Positions 1 to 14,112 of a stretch of DNA of 64,000 nucleotides are shown here, piece after piece. The DNA is taken from the NCBI RefSeq assembly GCF_009914755.1, contig NC_060930.1, one strand, 5' to 3'. The position numbers were made by a program, and so were the translations under genes. Source of the DNA: the human T2T-CHM13v2.0 reference genome, Homo sapiens. Each line of letters begins with the position of its first letter. Position 1 is the stretch's first letter. Below the pieces are notes generated by a model. The model made no database searches and was not told the DNA's origin. It saw nothing but the letters and a program-made list of their open reading frames with translations.

Positions 1-2549
1 AGAGGAACCAGGAGACTTCCACATCATGGACCCTCATGGTCATATTCTTTGAGTAGACGGTTCACCTTATCCAATGGGATAAAATGAGAAATCATACAGA
101 TTTAGGTAAGTTTCATACCATGGAGGCAGAAAGTTGAACTGAGTTCATATAGGAGACCTCAATTTCTCTTTCATGTCAGTCTCTGTTACATTCTATGAGA
201 ATATAGAATCGATATATGTTTGTAAATAGTCTTATATAATAAATTATTAGACCTGCCTAGGAAAGCAAAACAGAAAAATTATGAAGTCTCTCAATGGCCA
301 ACTAATGAATATAAAAATACTATTTTTCAAATGTTTATACTGGAATAAGCACACAAGACAGCAGAAAATCTTTTATTTCATGCAGAAGATCCATAATGCT
401 TTTCTGATTGATGTAGAGACTTTTAGTAAAAGAGTAAATTAAGGACCAAAATTCACTTTTATATATGTATTCCTTGGGTTTCCTTTTGATATTTCTCACT
501 ATAACAGGAGATTATTTTTATATGAAATAATAAAAAAAATATACTTAAAAAACGCTGTTATCTATACTGTTAATTATTTTAGAATATCACATGTAAATTA
601 GGTGGCAGAAGCCATAGCAGATTTGCATGTCTTAGAAAATAGCAGGTAATTTCGTGAGTTTGCAAATAGATTATTTTGCAAATGGTTCTGTACTGCAGTA
701 AAAGAGTTTGGTAGTAAACAGAACATCTTGTTAGTGGAACTGATAGAAACAATATTGTCATTCATCTTTAATTATACTTTCTTTGCTTCTCTCACACCAA
801 TTTCACCTTCCTACACTGTGACACTTTGTCTTTTTTTTTTTTCCCGCCCTATGTCTTTTTCTTTTGTCACACTGTTTTACATACCTCACCAAATGAGATC
901 TTTTGGTTTAAGTGACCGTTTTTTTGAAACTTTAGAATACATTTTTCCTAATCTCAGTAAAAACTGGGGTCATAGTCTCACAATGCTAAGAACAAATAAA
1001 GCTGTCATCAGCATTTGATTTTGTAAGGCAGTGGAATTGTGGCAAAGGTTTTTAAAAGGTTTGAATAGTCCCCCTAAAGTAATTAAAATAACCTTGTATC
1101 TTTATTTATTCAATTATAAATTTAAATCTCAAAAGCAGAGAGTTTAAGAGTTTATATTCTGTTTGAGGTATGAACTTTGTACATTGTATCAGTGCTGGCA
1201 TTATCTTTTTTCTTTGCTTTTGTTTCCTTTTATAAAGTTTAATTTAAGGAAATAGCAACTTTTGCATTTCAGTAGTTATTTAAATGGAAGCTGGAGTTTG
1301 GCCAAATCCCTGATGCAATCAAAGCCATTGCTCTCTAATCCCCTGAAAAAAAAAATGGTGTATTGCAGAAATATTTGTTGTTGCTGCCATTCAAGCTTCA
1401 CTTGATTTGTAAACACTTGCGGGTCTGTTATGTGCATTCATGTGCAAGAGAAAGGAGAATGAAGCCAGTAGCTCCTCGGGCTATAAAATTCCATGGAGAT
1501 GCCAATGCAAAGTTACCTTCTTACTCCCACAGAGAGCCCAGAGAACATAAGGGAGAAGTTTTTCTTGCAGAAGGGGAGTGGTTTGCTTACAGCTCACCAC
1601 CACTGTGTGTACTTACAGGGAGCAGAGAGTGAAACCTGAATTTTAATTGAATGTGTGTTTCATCAAGACCAATCTTCAGAGTGCAGATTACAATGCTAGC
1701 AAAGAACATGCATTCATAATTCAGTTTCAATAAAACCTACCTATGCTTGTTATAAAGTTTATGACTCAAACTCCTTAAACTCCTGGAGGTAACTTTTATT
1801 TGAAGCAAAACTATTCATTGTCACATTTTAAAGTTTATTTCCCAAACATGTTTGTGTTACCAGTTAGTCCATCATAAAATAGTCCCAGTTTATGGACTAC
1901 ATTTATTTTTTAATGAAAAGGGTATTAATATGTTATTTTCAATTATGATTTTCTTTTCAATTATAATGACTATTTCACCATCAGAAAAGGTGAGTTAAGT
2001 TACTTGAAGGAATTATTTAATAAAGTTAAGAAAATATTATTTTGAAACATTATCCTCAGAAAGAAATCAATATTATTAGATTATGCGTGATCATTATTTT
2101 CTAGGTGGTTTTCTAAAGTTCCTGAAAGGTCATTCAGAGCATTGGGAAGAAGAAATTTGGGATAGTAGTAAATTAAAAGCAATTTCACCAGTGCCTGTAC
2201 GAAATAATTGAATGGGGAATGACCTTGGGTTGTCTGTTTGCAAGAATATAAATGTCTAATTAATTGGCCGTGTCTACCTGAAGCCACTCACATTTTAAAA
2301 AGTGGGGGGAATATCTTTATAATAACTTTTCAACAGGATATCAGACATCCAATATACTAAACTTCTTATGATTTATGTGAATATTTTGCTAATATGTACT
2401 CTTAACATTTGAGGAAGCAAAAATGCAATATTAGGATTTGGTACATGAGCCCCAGAAATTTAAACAGCTTCAAAACAATGTTAATTATCTTGATTTAATC
2501 ATCCCACAACTTATCTATGTATCAAAATATCACATTGTTTAAATAAATA

Positions 2550-3315
2550 TAGTTGACCCTTGAACAACATGGTGGTTAGGAGCATCAACCCCACCTCATG
2601 CAGTCAGAAATCCACATATAACTTTTGATACCTTCAAAACTTAACTACTAATAGCCTCCTGTTGAACAGAAGCCATACTGATAACATAGTAGATTAACAT
2701 ATATTTGTGTGGGTATTATATATTGTATTCTTATAATAAAGTGAGCTAGAGAAAAGAAAATGTTATTAAGAAAGTAATAAGGGCTGGGCTCAGTGGCTCA
2801 TGCCTGTAATCCCAGCACTTCGGGAGGCCAAAGCAGGCAGATCACTTGAGGTCAACAGTTCAAGACCAGCCTGGCCAACATGATGAAACCCAGTTTCTAC
2901 TAAAAATACAATAATTAGCTGGGCGTGGTGTTGCACACCTGTAATCCCAGCTACTCAGGAGGCTGAGGCAGGAGAATCACTTGAACCTGGTAGGCGGAGG
3001 TTGTAGTGAGCCAAGATTATGCCACTACACTCCAGCCTGGGTGACAGAGTGAGACTCTGTCTCAAATAAATAAATAAATAAATAAATAAATAAAAAGAAA
3101 AAAGAAAAGAAAAGAATAGGAAGAGCAAATATATTAAGTGGAAGTGGATCATTGTAAAGGTCTTCATCCTCGTTGTCTTCATTTTGAGCAGACTAAAGAG
3201 GAGGAGGAAGAAGAGGAGGGATTGGTCCTGCTATCTCTGGGTAGCAGACGTGGAAGAAAATCCCCGTACAAGTGAACCCATGCAGTTCAAGCCCATATTG
3301 TTCAAGGGTCAACTT
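2550..3315. mobile_element. Tigger2a-like TcMar-Tigger DNA transposon, interrupted by an Alu
   Basis: Terminal inverted repeats agttgacccttgaacaa ... ttgttcaagggtcaact at TA sites; internal aagtggaagtggatcattgtaaaggtcttcatcctcg. Confidence 0.85.
2782..3110 (+). mobile_element. Alu (AluS-type) with (TAAA)n/(GAAAA)n tail
   Basis: Full dimer ggctgggctcagtggctcatgcctgtaatcccagc ... gagactctgtctc followed by an A-rich tail. Confidence 0.95.
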
Positions 3316-3472
3316 ATGTACAATTATTATTTGTCAATTAAAAACAAAAAGACAATAGAACATACTTGAGGTTGACAAAAACGTGAGAAGGATATTGCTG
3401 TAGGATTGATTGTTTACTAGGTGATCTTAACTGACTGTCATAGTAATCTAAGTACATTCTCGCTGTTTCTAG

Positions 3473-3590
3473 GATTTCTGAAATCTCAATGGAGGTAGCT
3501 GAACAAGGACGTGGAACAACAATGACTCCTCCAGCTGACTTGATTGAAAAATGTGATTGTCCCCTGGGCTATTCTGGCCTGTCCTGTGAG
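3473..3590 (+). CDS. LAMA2: Laminin alpha-2 coding exon (~exon 28): end of L4b domain, return to LE repeat
   Basis: Acceptor tttctAG (3471-72), donor GAG/gtaagc. 118 bp, phase 2 to 0. Reads (R)ISEISMEVAEQGRGTTMTPPADLIEKCDCPLGYSGLSCE. Confidence 0.97.
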
Positions 3591-4244
3591 GTAAGCTACC
3601 TCCTACTAACCTGCTTAATCTCAAGTCACTTCAGGAGCTAAATGGAAATACTCCCAGAAGTACCTTTACTGCATACATATTCTTAATCTATTTTATTTAA
3701 TCTTCCACTCACAGTGTGAGACACAGTGGCAAGAGGATAATGTTATTGATATTTAGTACAAATCATACCTGAAGGGAAATAGTTGATCAAAAATTTAAAG
3801 ATTTGTGAAAATATTTAACAATCAGGAATTAAGAATGTTTTAATAAGCCTATTTATTATAGCTGATCTATTTTCTTGGACCACTTCTGAAGAGTTAGAGA
3901 CATTTAAACTGCAATGATTAGGAGATAGGATTATACTGGGTTTTGAAAATATTTTTATATAGAACACGACAAAACTTGTACACTAAATAGCAGGCTGTTC
4001 CCTTTAACATAAGCTTCTCAGGGAAACATATCTTTGTTCCAACAGTGCTGCTATGAGTCATTACAGTTATAAAACTATCTTTTTTTTTTACATTTTAAAA
4101 GTAATTTTAAAACTGCTTTTCAATAAACTTGCTGAGATATTCTCTTGTCTGCCTTCAAGATTGTCAAATTTCTTAGGATCTAATTTCTATAATTGTGAAA
4201 TATTAATAGGAACAGTACGACTTAAGGGAGGTGGAATGAATAGA

Positions 4245-4600
4245 TGAGAAACTGGCCTGGGTTTGAATCTCGACTTCACCATACAGTAAGCCTGAGACCC
4301 TGCACTGGGTGCTACACCTCTTTAGGCTTTAGCAGGTAAACACCAAGTCCCTGAGTAACTACCACTACACTTTCACCTCTCCCGCAGACCCCACAGTCTG
4401 AAGCCTGGCATGCATGGGGCCTCCAGGACTGCTCCAGCCCTACAGCTGGGATTCTTTCTCATTAGTCAGGCTGGCTGGTGCTCACAGCATACCAGTTAGA
4501 TATTATTAAATCTCCCTCACCTACAGCCTGAGTCTTATGAAGACTAAATGAGCTGTTAATGTTAAGGATTCATCACAGCACCTGGTGTGTAGATGATGTA
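4245..4600 (+). mobile_element. MIR split by a ~180-bp insert (possibly an old hAT-Tip100/Arthur-like piece at ~4333-4520)
   Basis: cctgggtttgaatctcgacttcacca ... gaagactaaatgag...cacagcacctgg match the MIR core and tail; the identity of the insert is tentative. Confidence 0.5.
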
Positions 4601-5952
4601 AGTTTTGATGGTTAATATTATTATTAATGTAATCACTAGTTATATACCCATGTATTGATTCAGTTATAAATAATTTTATACATCTTATTTTGTAAATAGG
4701 ATTTGAGAAGTTGTATTAAGTATGGTACATGAGACAGATGATTCCACTAGGTCAAAACTGAAGTGCAACTTAAAAATAATGAGTATACATTTCTTGAGAG
4801 GGACATGGCATCATGAAAAGAAAAAGGAATTTGGTTTCAGTGAATCCTACCTAGCTGCACTACTTGGACAGGTTACTTGCTCTGTTTTTGCTAAATCTTG
4901 GGTTTTTACCTATACATCCTAAGGATTGATTTAAATGGAAACGTATGTGTGAAAATCCCTTTACAAACTGACATGCCATTCAGCTTAGTTACCATCACAT
5001 GGATTCCATATAGTTCAAGGAAAAAGTTTATAAAATAACTGCAACTGTTTTGTGACACATGCTTAAAATGATTTTCTACTCTTTCCTGTGACTTCTCTGA
5101 AGGGCAATATTTATTTACATGTGTCCATTTTGAGCTAATAAATAATCAAGTAATCCATCTCCTTATTAAATTGTATTTCCTACATCTATTTATACACACA
5201 CTAGTAAACTTATACTGGTAAGCACTGCTTATACAGTAAGCACTGCTCTTTCCAATATACATATGTACACATAGTGTATGGGTGAAAACTGAGACTGTGT
5301 GGCACATATGAAATGAGTGACCTTTCCAGTGAGCATTGAAGATTTTAAAATGGAGGACAGAAAGAATGTGAGATTTTTCTAGACAAGAGATGGAATTTCC
5401 TTTATCCCAGGTAGCGTTTGGTTTTACTTTTAACTGTGTGCACTTGATCAATGCTCTTAATTGCTGTAGACCTTCGTTATTATATAGCTATCCAATCTAT
5501 AAAATGACAGATTGAGTTGAAGTTCTAAAATTCTCTGATTCTGCAATATTATTTTGCTATAGAAAATATTCTGTAAGTAGTCAAGGTTGACCTTTAGATA
5601 TCTTGAAGAGAAGGTTATTACAGCTATATTTTTCTGCATTTATTTGAAATAATACTGTTCACTTGTGAACAAAAATGTTAGTAGAATAGCAAATTATTTT
5701 CATGCAACCAACCTTCCATTCTGGATTTAAAATGTTAAAAACCTTTCTTCATATGATTGATAGACTTTTTGAATAGTACATTCAAATACATGCTTTCCCA
5801 TTAATTTGAGTCATTTTCCATCATTATATGAAAATGTAAATGAGCACAAATAAAACAAATGATAAATGAAAATCAAGAAAAACTAAGAATATGTACAAAT
5901 TGTCATCTGCATTAGTGGCTTCACCGTCCCATGACTTTCACTTAAGCATCTA

Positions 5953-6023
5953 TTTACAGACAGTAATTGCAGTAATATCTTAGTAGAGAGATTACAGAGA
6001 TAAAGACCTATCTCTCATAATAA
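5953..6023 (+). repeat. 71-bp dispersed direct repeat, copy 1
   Basis: 67/71 identical to 9509-9579. Confidence 0.95.
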
Positions 6024-7451
6024 TGTACCTGAAGTGTTTTCCACAACCCATGGCCTCTAATCCATTATACCTCTTATTTATAATTCATCTTGATTCCTAA
6101 GTGTAATTACCCAGGCATAAAATCTTATCATCAAAGCAAGAGCTAAGGGCAGTTTTGAAATAATACATCCCATTCCAGTAACATATGCTTTGGGTCATGA
6201 ATACACAAAGCAGTTCCTCTACAATATTTTTACAAAATGTATAGTATTCTAGAGACATCTGCATCTACAGGCTATTTTATTTCATGTTTTTATCCACAAT
6301 ATGGTTGCAAGTAAACAAAATTAAGTATCAGTTACTGCTAAAATATAGCCAGTTGTAAAGACTCTTAGCCTTTGCTTGTTACCTGCACTGTTATGACAGT
6401 GCAGGCCTGGTCATTAAAAATGTTAGTTTTAGAAATGCCTAATTATTATAATTTACTATTTGCAGAAGGGGCCAGATTACCTTCAGGAGTCAAACAAAGG
6501 ACACCATTTCCTCACCAGATTTCTTGGTGTTGGAGCCATTGAGTTTGTTATACTTTATTTAACCTGTCTTTGAGTGACATTAAATATAGGTTATTGCCCA
6601 AACTGACCTAAACTGAGCTTTATGCAGTTGAAAGGTTATATGCAGGTACCATTCTTACTTATGACTTTCTTTCTTAAATATGGAAAATATTCAGCCTTGC
6701 GTGTGCAGCTCTCTGCAGTAATACGGAAATCAGAAATTTGTCAATGATCTCTAGGTCATGTTTTGATAGTTTCAGCTTCTATCCTGTCTTCCCATATTTT
6801 AAAAGGGCTTTAGGCTTGCAGTTGAATGGCCGGTGTCTATTGGATCGCCACTCAGAAGCTGTCCCTTGTGGCTATTAAAACTGATTTTTTTAAATCTCCA
6901 AATAATTTATACCTATCGTCAACACATAAAGCCCAAAAGGCAAAATGTGAAAATAGTCTTAGCTACTTACATATGCACACATCTATCCTTTATCACTTCT
7001 GTTGCACACCAGAGACCCAAAGTCTCTGTTTTCATGTACAGACAAGTGTTGAGGAACATGGCATGGGTAAGTTATGTTATAATTTTGTTTACAAATATAA
7101 CCTAAAACAATCATGGTATCTTTATTTTTAGTTTATTTCCAGCAAACATAGAAAAAACTATTTGAGATAGAGAAACCTATTGATTTATGTATGACAATTA
7201 TTAAACATGCTTTATCTCAAGTAATCCTCAGATCCACCCTATGAAAAGCAGAACCTACCATTGATTGAGTGCTTACTATCTCCTGTACACTTCCTAATAC
7301 AGTTACACCAACATCATCGACTATAATTTATGATCCCCATTTTACGGGTGAGAGAATTGAGGCCCATGATCACACACCTACACAGCAATTCAAACCTCAA
7401 TGAATCTGTTTCCAAAACCTAGGTAAACTTGTACTCAACTATTATATTATG

Positions 7452-7804
7452 CAGTCATGTGCTGCTTAACGACAGGGATACGTTCTGAGAAATGTGTCGT
7501 TAGGTGATCTCCTCATTGTGCAAACATCATAGAGTGTACATACACAAACCTAAATGGTGTAGCCTACTACACACCTAGGCTACATGGGATAGCCTGTTGC
7601 TCCTAGGCTACAGACCTGCACAGCATGTTATTGGTACTGAATACAGTAGGCAATTGTAACATAATGGTAAGTATTTGCATATCTAAACATATTTATACAT
7701 AGCAAAGGTACATTAAAAATATAGTTTTATAATCTTATGGGACCACTGTCGTACACATGGTCCTATCATTGACCAAAATGTCATTATGCAGCAGCACATG
7801 ACTG
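7452..7804. mobile_element. Tigger3a/MER7A-like MITE between MIR fragments
   Basis: Terminal inverted repeats cagtcatgtgctgc ... gcagcacatgactg(ta); internal tagcctactacacacctaggcta. Confidence 0.88.
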
Positions 7805-8715
7805 TACAATATTCCTACATTCCAGGTGAGGAAACCAAGGCACACAGTATTCAGAACCTTACTACATACAAAGTGGTGAAACAGGAATTAAACTCGGGTC
7901 TGCCTGATTGCAAAATCCATGCAAAGATACAAGATAGAGTGTTTTTATGAGCTCCAGCACAAGCATCTATTTTTATTACTAAACTCTGAAGAAAGAAAGG
8001 AGCGCAGTGTGCAGCCCTGAGCCTAGGATAGGATAGGTCTCTACAGTCTGCTTCATTCTCTCCTCTCTACCCTCCCACATTTTTGTGTAAATTTAATCTA
8101 ATTTTTTGATGAAACAATATATTATGAAAATAAATTAAAGATAGACGAGAGCAGAAGAAAATTGAGCCATGAATAATTTCAACAGTGGGGAAGAGAACTT
8201 TGGAAAAGTTTAAATTAGAGTAGAAATGGGTAAGAGGAGCTCAGGAAAGTATTTATTTGCTTTTCTTTAATTCCCCATTGTGTTCCAGAAAGGATTTTAG
8301 ATGGGACTCAAAAAGTAACTTTTTTGCTTCCAATTCCAACATAATCATTCTCACGAACTTTTGTCTCAGTTCACCAAGAGGAAAAACATTCAATATTGAC
8401 AAACACCCTAAAAATTATTTAAATTGAAAGAATAGTGCAAAATAATCAAGGAAAAGAGAGAATTTCTGTTTTTTTTTTTAAAAAAAACAGCACGTTTTAA
8501 GTTTCTAATCTTTGCGTTGTCAAATACTCTCTCTCTCTCTTTTGCTACCTCATAGAAATTTAATCCATCAGGATACGAAATAAATCAAAACTAATCTAAA
8601 ATGTTAAAACTGAAAGACACTTTAGAAGTCATCTGAGTTAACCTACTCATTTGTGGGATGAGGAAACTGGGTCTCAAAGTAACTTGCCCATATCTCTCAG
8701 ACAAAACTAACATAA

Positions 8716-9117
<402 letters not shown>

Positions 9118-9508
9118 TAAGGAGCTTGCCAGTGACGCTGCGCTCTAATTGTCTGTTAGACTTTTCTAAGAGTTTTAAAACAAACTCGGGCCTCAACTCT
9201 CCCCCAGAGGAATTGACTCCACCTCCTCTAGGGCTGGACCGGACCACAGACTCCCACTATGGGCGCTTGTCTATTGTGTCAGGCTGCCTGTCGGGGAAAA
9301 CCACAGTAATAGGAAAAATGTGTTGTGCGTTAGAGTAGACTTCACCTTAGGGCTCGCCTTCACATTTGGACCTACAACGCTAAACTGTACAATTCCTCGA
9401 TGAGGAGTATTACTTCTTGTGTTTCTTTTTCTTCTAAGATTTATTTTAAACTTTTGTTTGAGCTTCAAGGAAACTTCCTCTCAATTTGTGTGATTTTTTA
9501 CACAAATT

Positions 9509-9579
9509 TTTACAGACAGTAATTACAGTAATAACTTAGTAGAGAGATTACAGAGATAAAGTCCTATCTCTCATAGTAA
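9509..9579 (+). repeat. 71-bp dispersed direct repeat, copy 2
   Basis: 67/71 identical to 5953-6023. Confidence 0.95.
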
Positions 9580-9620
9580 CACACATGCATGCACCTAGCA
9601 AGTATGTCAATAACACAACA

Positions 9621-9744
9621 ATTTTATATATATATAATTTTATATACATATTTATATATTATATATATTTTATATATTATATATATAATTTATATATATA
9701 ATATATAATTTATATATTATATATATATAATTAATATATATATT
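9621..9744. repeat. (TA)-rich low-complexity tract
   Basis: ~120 bp almost entirely A/T with recurring tatatattatatatataatt units. Confidence 0.9.
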
Positions 9745-11212
9745 CAAGGATGAAATCCATGCACAGAAAATCCAGTTTTATTCAGTGGTCAGCTTGCTAA
9801 AGAATTGGAATAACCCACACTATGAACCACTTTTAAATAGATCTTGGTTTATTTCTTCAGTTATGCTTAAACTAATTCTTCAACCATCATTTCCAGGACT
9901 TATTCAATAATAATGGCAAAAATGAACCTTGCTTTTTAAATAATATGTATAAACTTTATTAAATTATATGATTATGTCCACCATAAGACAAATAAGACTC
10001 AAAATAGTTTGAATACTATTCTCAGTTTTATCAGCTTGCTCAAAGTTGGGACATTATTAAATCTCATTAGAATTTATTTTAGGCTGTGATAAAAGCAGAG
10101 AGTCTCTTGATTAAGTGCTTAATTGAAGTACTTTTGCATTATCCAAATCAAAATAAACAAGGAGGGTGCTAGCTATTAAGCTAGATCTTTTTAAGGAGCT
10201 TCTTTGTATATTTGTCTCTGGACTGTCTAGGCCAGAACCAAAGGGATGTGGAGGTACTAGAAAGTTCTTAATCTGATATTTTTTCTGGCTTAGTCAGCAA
10301 TCACTTTTCTTTCATCAATGGGCATAAGATTTTTAAGTGAAAAAAAAAAATTCTACTTAACCAAGGTGGTAAAATAGTCCCCTTGTAATTCTCCATGGGA
10401 TTTGAAAAACTGACTCCTACCTTTTATTCATAAATCAAGCAATGTCTGCAGCTATGCATGAGGAGAGGACTGAGCCTGAAACACAAGACGGTTCTCATCT
10501 TCGTGCCAGAGCTGTGGACTACCTTCCAGAAAGCCAGAGATGTTTGTTGATACATTTTCATAATAAACCCAAATGAAGATGGAAGTCTTGATTTTGCATA
10601 TGTCAGCTTCACTAGAAGTTTTCTGTTTGCTTTCAGATTTTTATTGCAAAAAGAAAAAAATTATATCAGGGAAAGATAAATTTTATTGGTGGTCTAATAG
10701 TCGCAAGACATGTACAGCTTTTATTATTTTGGATTTCTTACTTTTATAGTCTTTAAATTATATCAGTATAAATAATGCATCCATAACACTTTTTATTTAG
10801 TTTTTTGCTGTGTTTCATTGGACATTTGCTAGTTATCCATCAAGCACAGTAAAAGCAGATTTTAGGTGTTAAAGACATTGGAATTATCTTTATTCCATAT
10901 GACAATGTTATTTAAAAACAAACATCTTTTTCAAGAAAAATACTCTTTGGAGCTTTTTCAGGCTGAATTGTATCTACAAATAAAAGCTTTCCTTGGTTAA
11001 AATCTGATTACACATGGATGCCGCCCGAACACCTTGGAGACCAGGAAGAAATACACATTAAGTATCAAAATCGGCACTTGCGTTTGTAAGTGATGTTGCC
11101 CCTGCCGCAGGTGGGGGAAGGCCAGTCTGTCTTTGCAGCCACTGAAGAGCTCAAGCGTTGCTAATGCAGTATTTCTAACTTTGCTGTCCTAATTGGCTTC
11201 CTTTTCTTTCAG

Positions 11213-11347
11213 GCATGCTTGCCGGGATTTTATCGACTGCGTTCTCAACCAGGTGGCCGCACCCCTGGACCAACCCTGGGCACCTGTGTTCCATGTCAAT
11301 GTAATGGACACAGCAGCCTGTGTGACCCTGAAACATCGATATGCCAG
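11213..11347 (+). CDS. LAMA2: Laminin alpha-2 coding exon (~exon 29): LE repeats
   Basis: Acceptor cttttctttcAG, donor CAG/gtagtc. 135 bp, phase 0-0. Reads ACLPGFYRLRSQPGGRTPGPTLGTCVPCQCNGHSSLCDPETSICQ. Confidence 0.97.
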
Positions 11348-12295
11348 GTAGTCCTCTGAGCCTTCCTTGAACAAGGTCCATGTGCTCATTCCTCTTTACA
11401 CATGCTCAGCATCTGCATGCAGAGGCCAGCTAAACTGTAAGGGAATGCAACTGTGTGTGTGAAATAAAATATGTAAGGGAAAAAGATATTCACAGATTCT
11501 GCATTTTAAAAAGTAAGGAAAAAATAACTGGGAGAACCACTGAGCATGTCAAGAAATAGAATTTTAGCAGCATCTTAGAAGAGCACCAGAAGACATACCT
11601 ATTTAAAAATTATGTGTGCCTTTTTTTCTGATTATTTTCTTATAAATAAACTTTCTATAAAATTTGGAAATTACAGAAAAGAATTAAGAAGAAAAAATTC
11701 ACCCAAAATGCAACATAACATTTTAATGTTTTAAGTATTTCCCACCAATTTTTACATGTGTTTATGAATAAGATTTATATAACACCATGGATGCAGTTTT
11801 ATGTCTTGTCCTTTACATTTTTACCTATCATGAGGTTGTATTATGTTGTTAGATATTATTTAAAATCTTTACGATCTTTGTTTGGATGTCCCATAATTTA
11901 CCCATTTCCCTTAGAATTGAGGTAGCTCTTATTTTTTTATGTTTCTGCTGGCACCCTGCACTCTCTACCACCATCTGCATTAGAACAATCAGAACAATCA
12001 TGTGTTCCACCCTTTTTATCGTAGTCACTGTAAGAAATTCAGGTTGCCCCTGTCACCACTTGTCCCTCAAGCTGTAATCTGCCCACAGCTCATCTTTGTT
12101 AAGCCCATCTCCCACCTCTGCTCACCTTCTGAAACCATTCTACTGAGCCTTGTGGAACTCATGGTCAAAACAGGCAAAATACCCCGCAGAATCCTCCTCT
12201 TCCCTCAGTGTTCTCTTCATCATGCTCTGACTGAAACCCAACTCTCACTTTGCATGCTGCTACCCCGGCAGCCCTCTTAAGGAGTAGCCATCACC

Positions 12296-12596
12296 TTTTT
12301 GTTTTTTTTTTCCCCTGAGATGCTGACTCACTCTGTCGTGCAGGCTGGAGGGCAGTGGCGATCCTGGCTCACTGCAACCTCCGACTCCCGGGTTCAAGTG
12401 ATTCTCATGCCTCAGCCTCCTGAGTAGCTGGGACTACAGGCTCACGCCACCACACCTGGATATTTTTTTTATTTTTAGTAGAGACAGGGTTTCACCATGT
12501 TGTCTAGGCTGGTCTCGAACTCCTAACCTCAGGTAATCCACCCACCTTGGCCTCCCAAAGTGCTGGGATTACAGGCATGAGCCACCATGCCCAGCT
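12296..12596 (-). mobile_element. Alu (AluSx-like)
   Basis: Full antisense dimer; target-site duplication (TSD) agtagccatcac / agtcgccatcac. Confidence 0.95.
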
Positions 12597-12705
12597 GCAG
12601 TCGCCATCACTTTCTTTCACTCCCTTCATTCCCCTGAGTCTGAAGGTGGGGGCAGGTTTTCCTGCTCCTCGCTGCCAGTTTCATATTATCCATCCTCCTC
12701 TACAT

Positions 12706-13263
12706 CAGGGTCCACAACCCCTGGGCCACAGGAGGATATTGGTCCGTGGCCTTTTAGAAACCAGACCACACAGCAGGAGGCAAGCAGCAGGCAAAGGAGC
12801 AAGCGCAGCTTCATTAGCATTTACAGCTGCTCCTCATTCCTGGTATTACTGTACTGCCTGAGCTCCACCTCCTGTCAGATCAGAGACAGCATTAGATTCT
12901 CATAGGAGCACAAACCCTATTGTGAACTGCACATGTGAGGGATCTAGGTTGTGCGCTCCTGAGAATCTAATGCCTGATGATCAATGATCTGTCACTGTCT
13001 CCCATCACCCCAAGATGGGACTATCTAGTTGCAGGAAAACAAGCTTAGGGCTTCCACTGATTCTATGTTATGGTGAGTTGTATAATTATTTCATTATATA
13101 TTACAATGTAATAATAATAGATAGTAATAATAATAATAGATAATAAAGTGCACAGTAAATATAACATGCTTGCATCATCACAAAACCATCCCCCAATCCT
13201 AGTCCATGGAAAAATTGCCTTCCATGAAACCAGTCCCTGGTGCCAAAAACATTGGAGACGCTG
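12706..13263. mobile_element. MER1A (hAT-Charlie), full length
   Basis: cagggtccacaacccctgggcc ... ccctggtgccaaaaacattggagacgctg; 8-bp TSD ctctacat / ctctacag. Confidence 0.92.
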
Positions 13264-13813
13264 CTCTACAGCACCCAGCTTTGACTCTCATGCTTCCCTC
13301 TATGTGCCCCCTCTCCATCTGCTTGTCGAAGTCACCTACTAACCTTTAAATACCCCACATCATTCCTTGCTGATTTTCCCTGTCTAATTGTCATTTTCCC
13401 TAGCACTACTCCTGTCATCATTCTTAGTGATTTTAATGTCCATGAACTTAACTCTTCCATACTCTTCACTTTCAGTTTCTTGTGCCTCTCTGGTCTCCAT
13501 TTGAAGCGTTTTTTTGTTGTTGTTTGGTTTTTGTTTGTTTTTTTTTTTTTTTCCCACTGTGTCGTTTCTCTCTAGTTCACTTCTTCTAAATACTTCCACT
13601 TCAATGTGTGTAATCTCACAATTGATGCACACACTTTTTTCTTGTTCCTTATCTCATGCTTTCACTGTAGTAACCAGCTTAATAGTCATGATCTTTCATT
13701 GGTATTACTGCTTTGCAACGCTCATTTCCCTGGCTACTCCTTTACTTATTTTTTACTCAAGTGAACTCCAACACTGTGAGAATCCTACCATCTCCTCCAT
13801 ACCTGCACCTTCT

Positions 13814-14112
<299 letters not shown>

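Larger units (their letters stand above)
2478..3350 (+). mobile_element. L1MA-type 3' end fragment split by Tigger2 (pieces ~2478-2549 and ~3316-3350)
   Basis: atgttaattatcttgatttaatcatcccaca...aaatatcacattg and tacaattattatttgtcaattaaaaac join into the recalled L1MA 3' terminus. Confidence 0.7.

Noticed and set aside
11175-11389. Minus-strand ORFs over exons (also 36169..36456)
   Set aside because: They are antisense shadows of GC-richer coding sequence.
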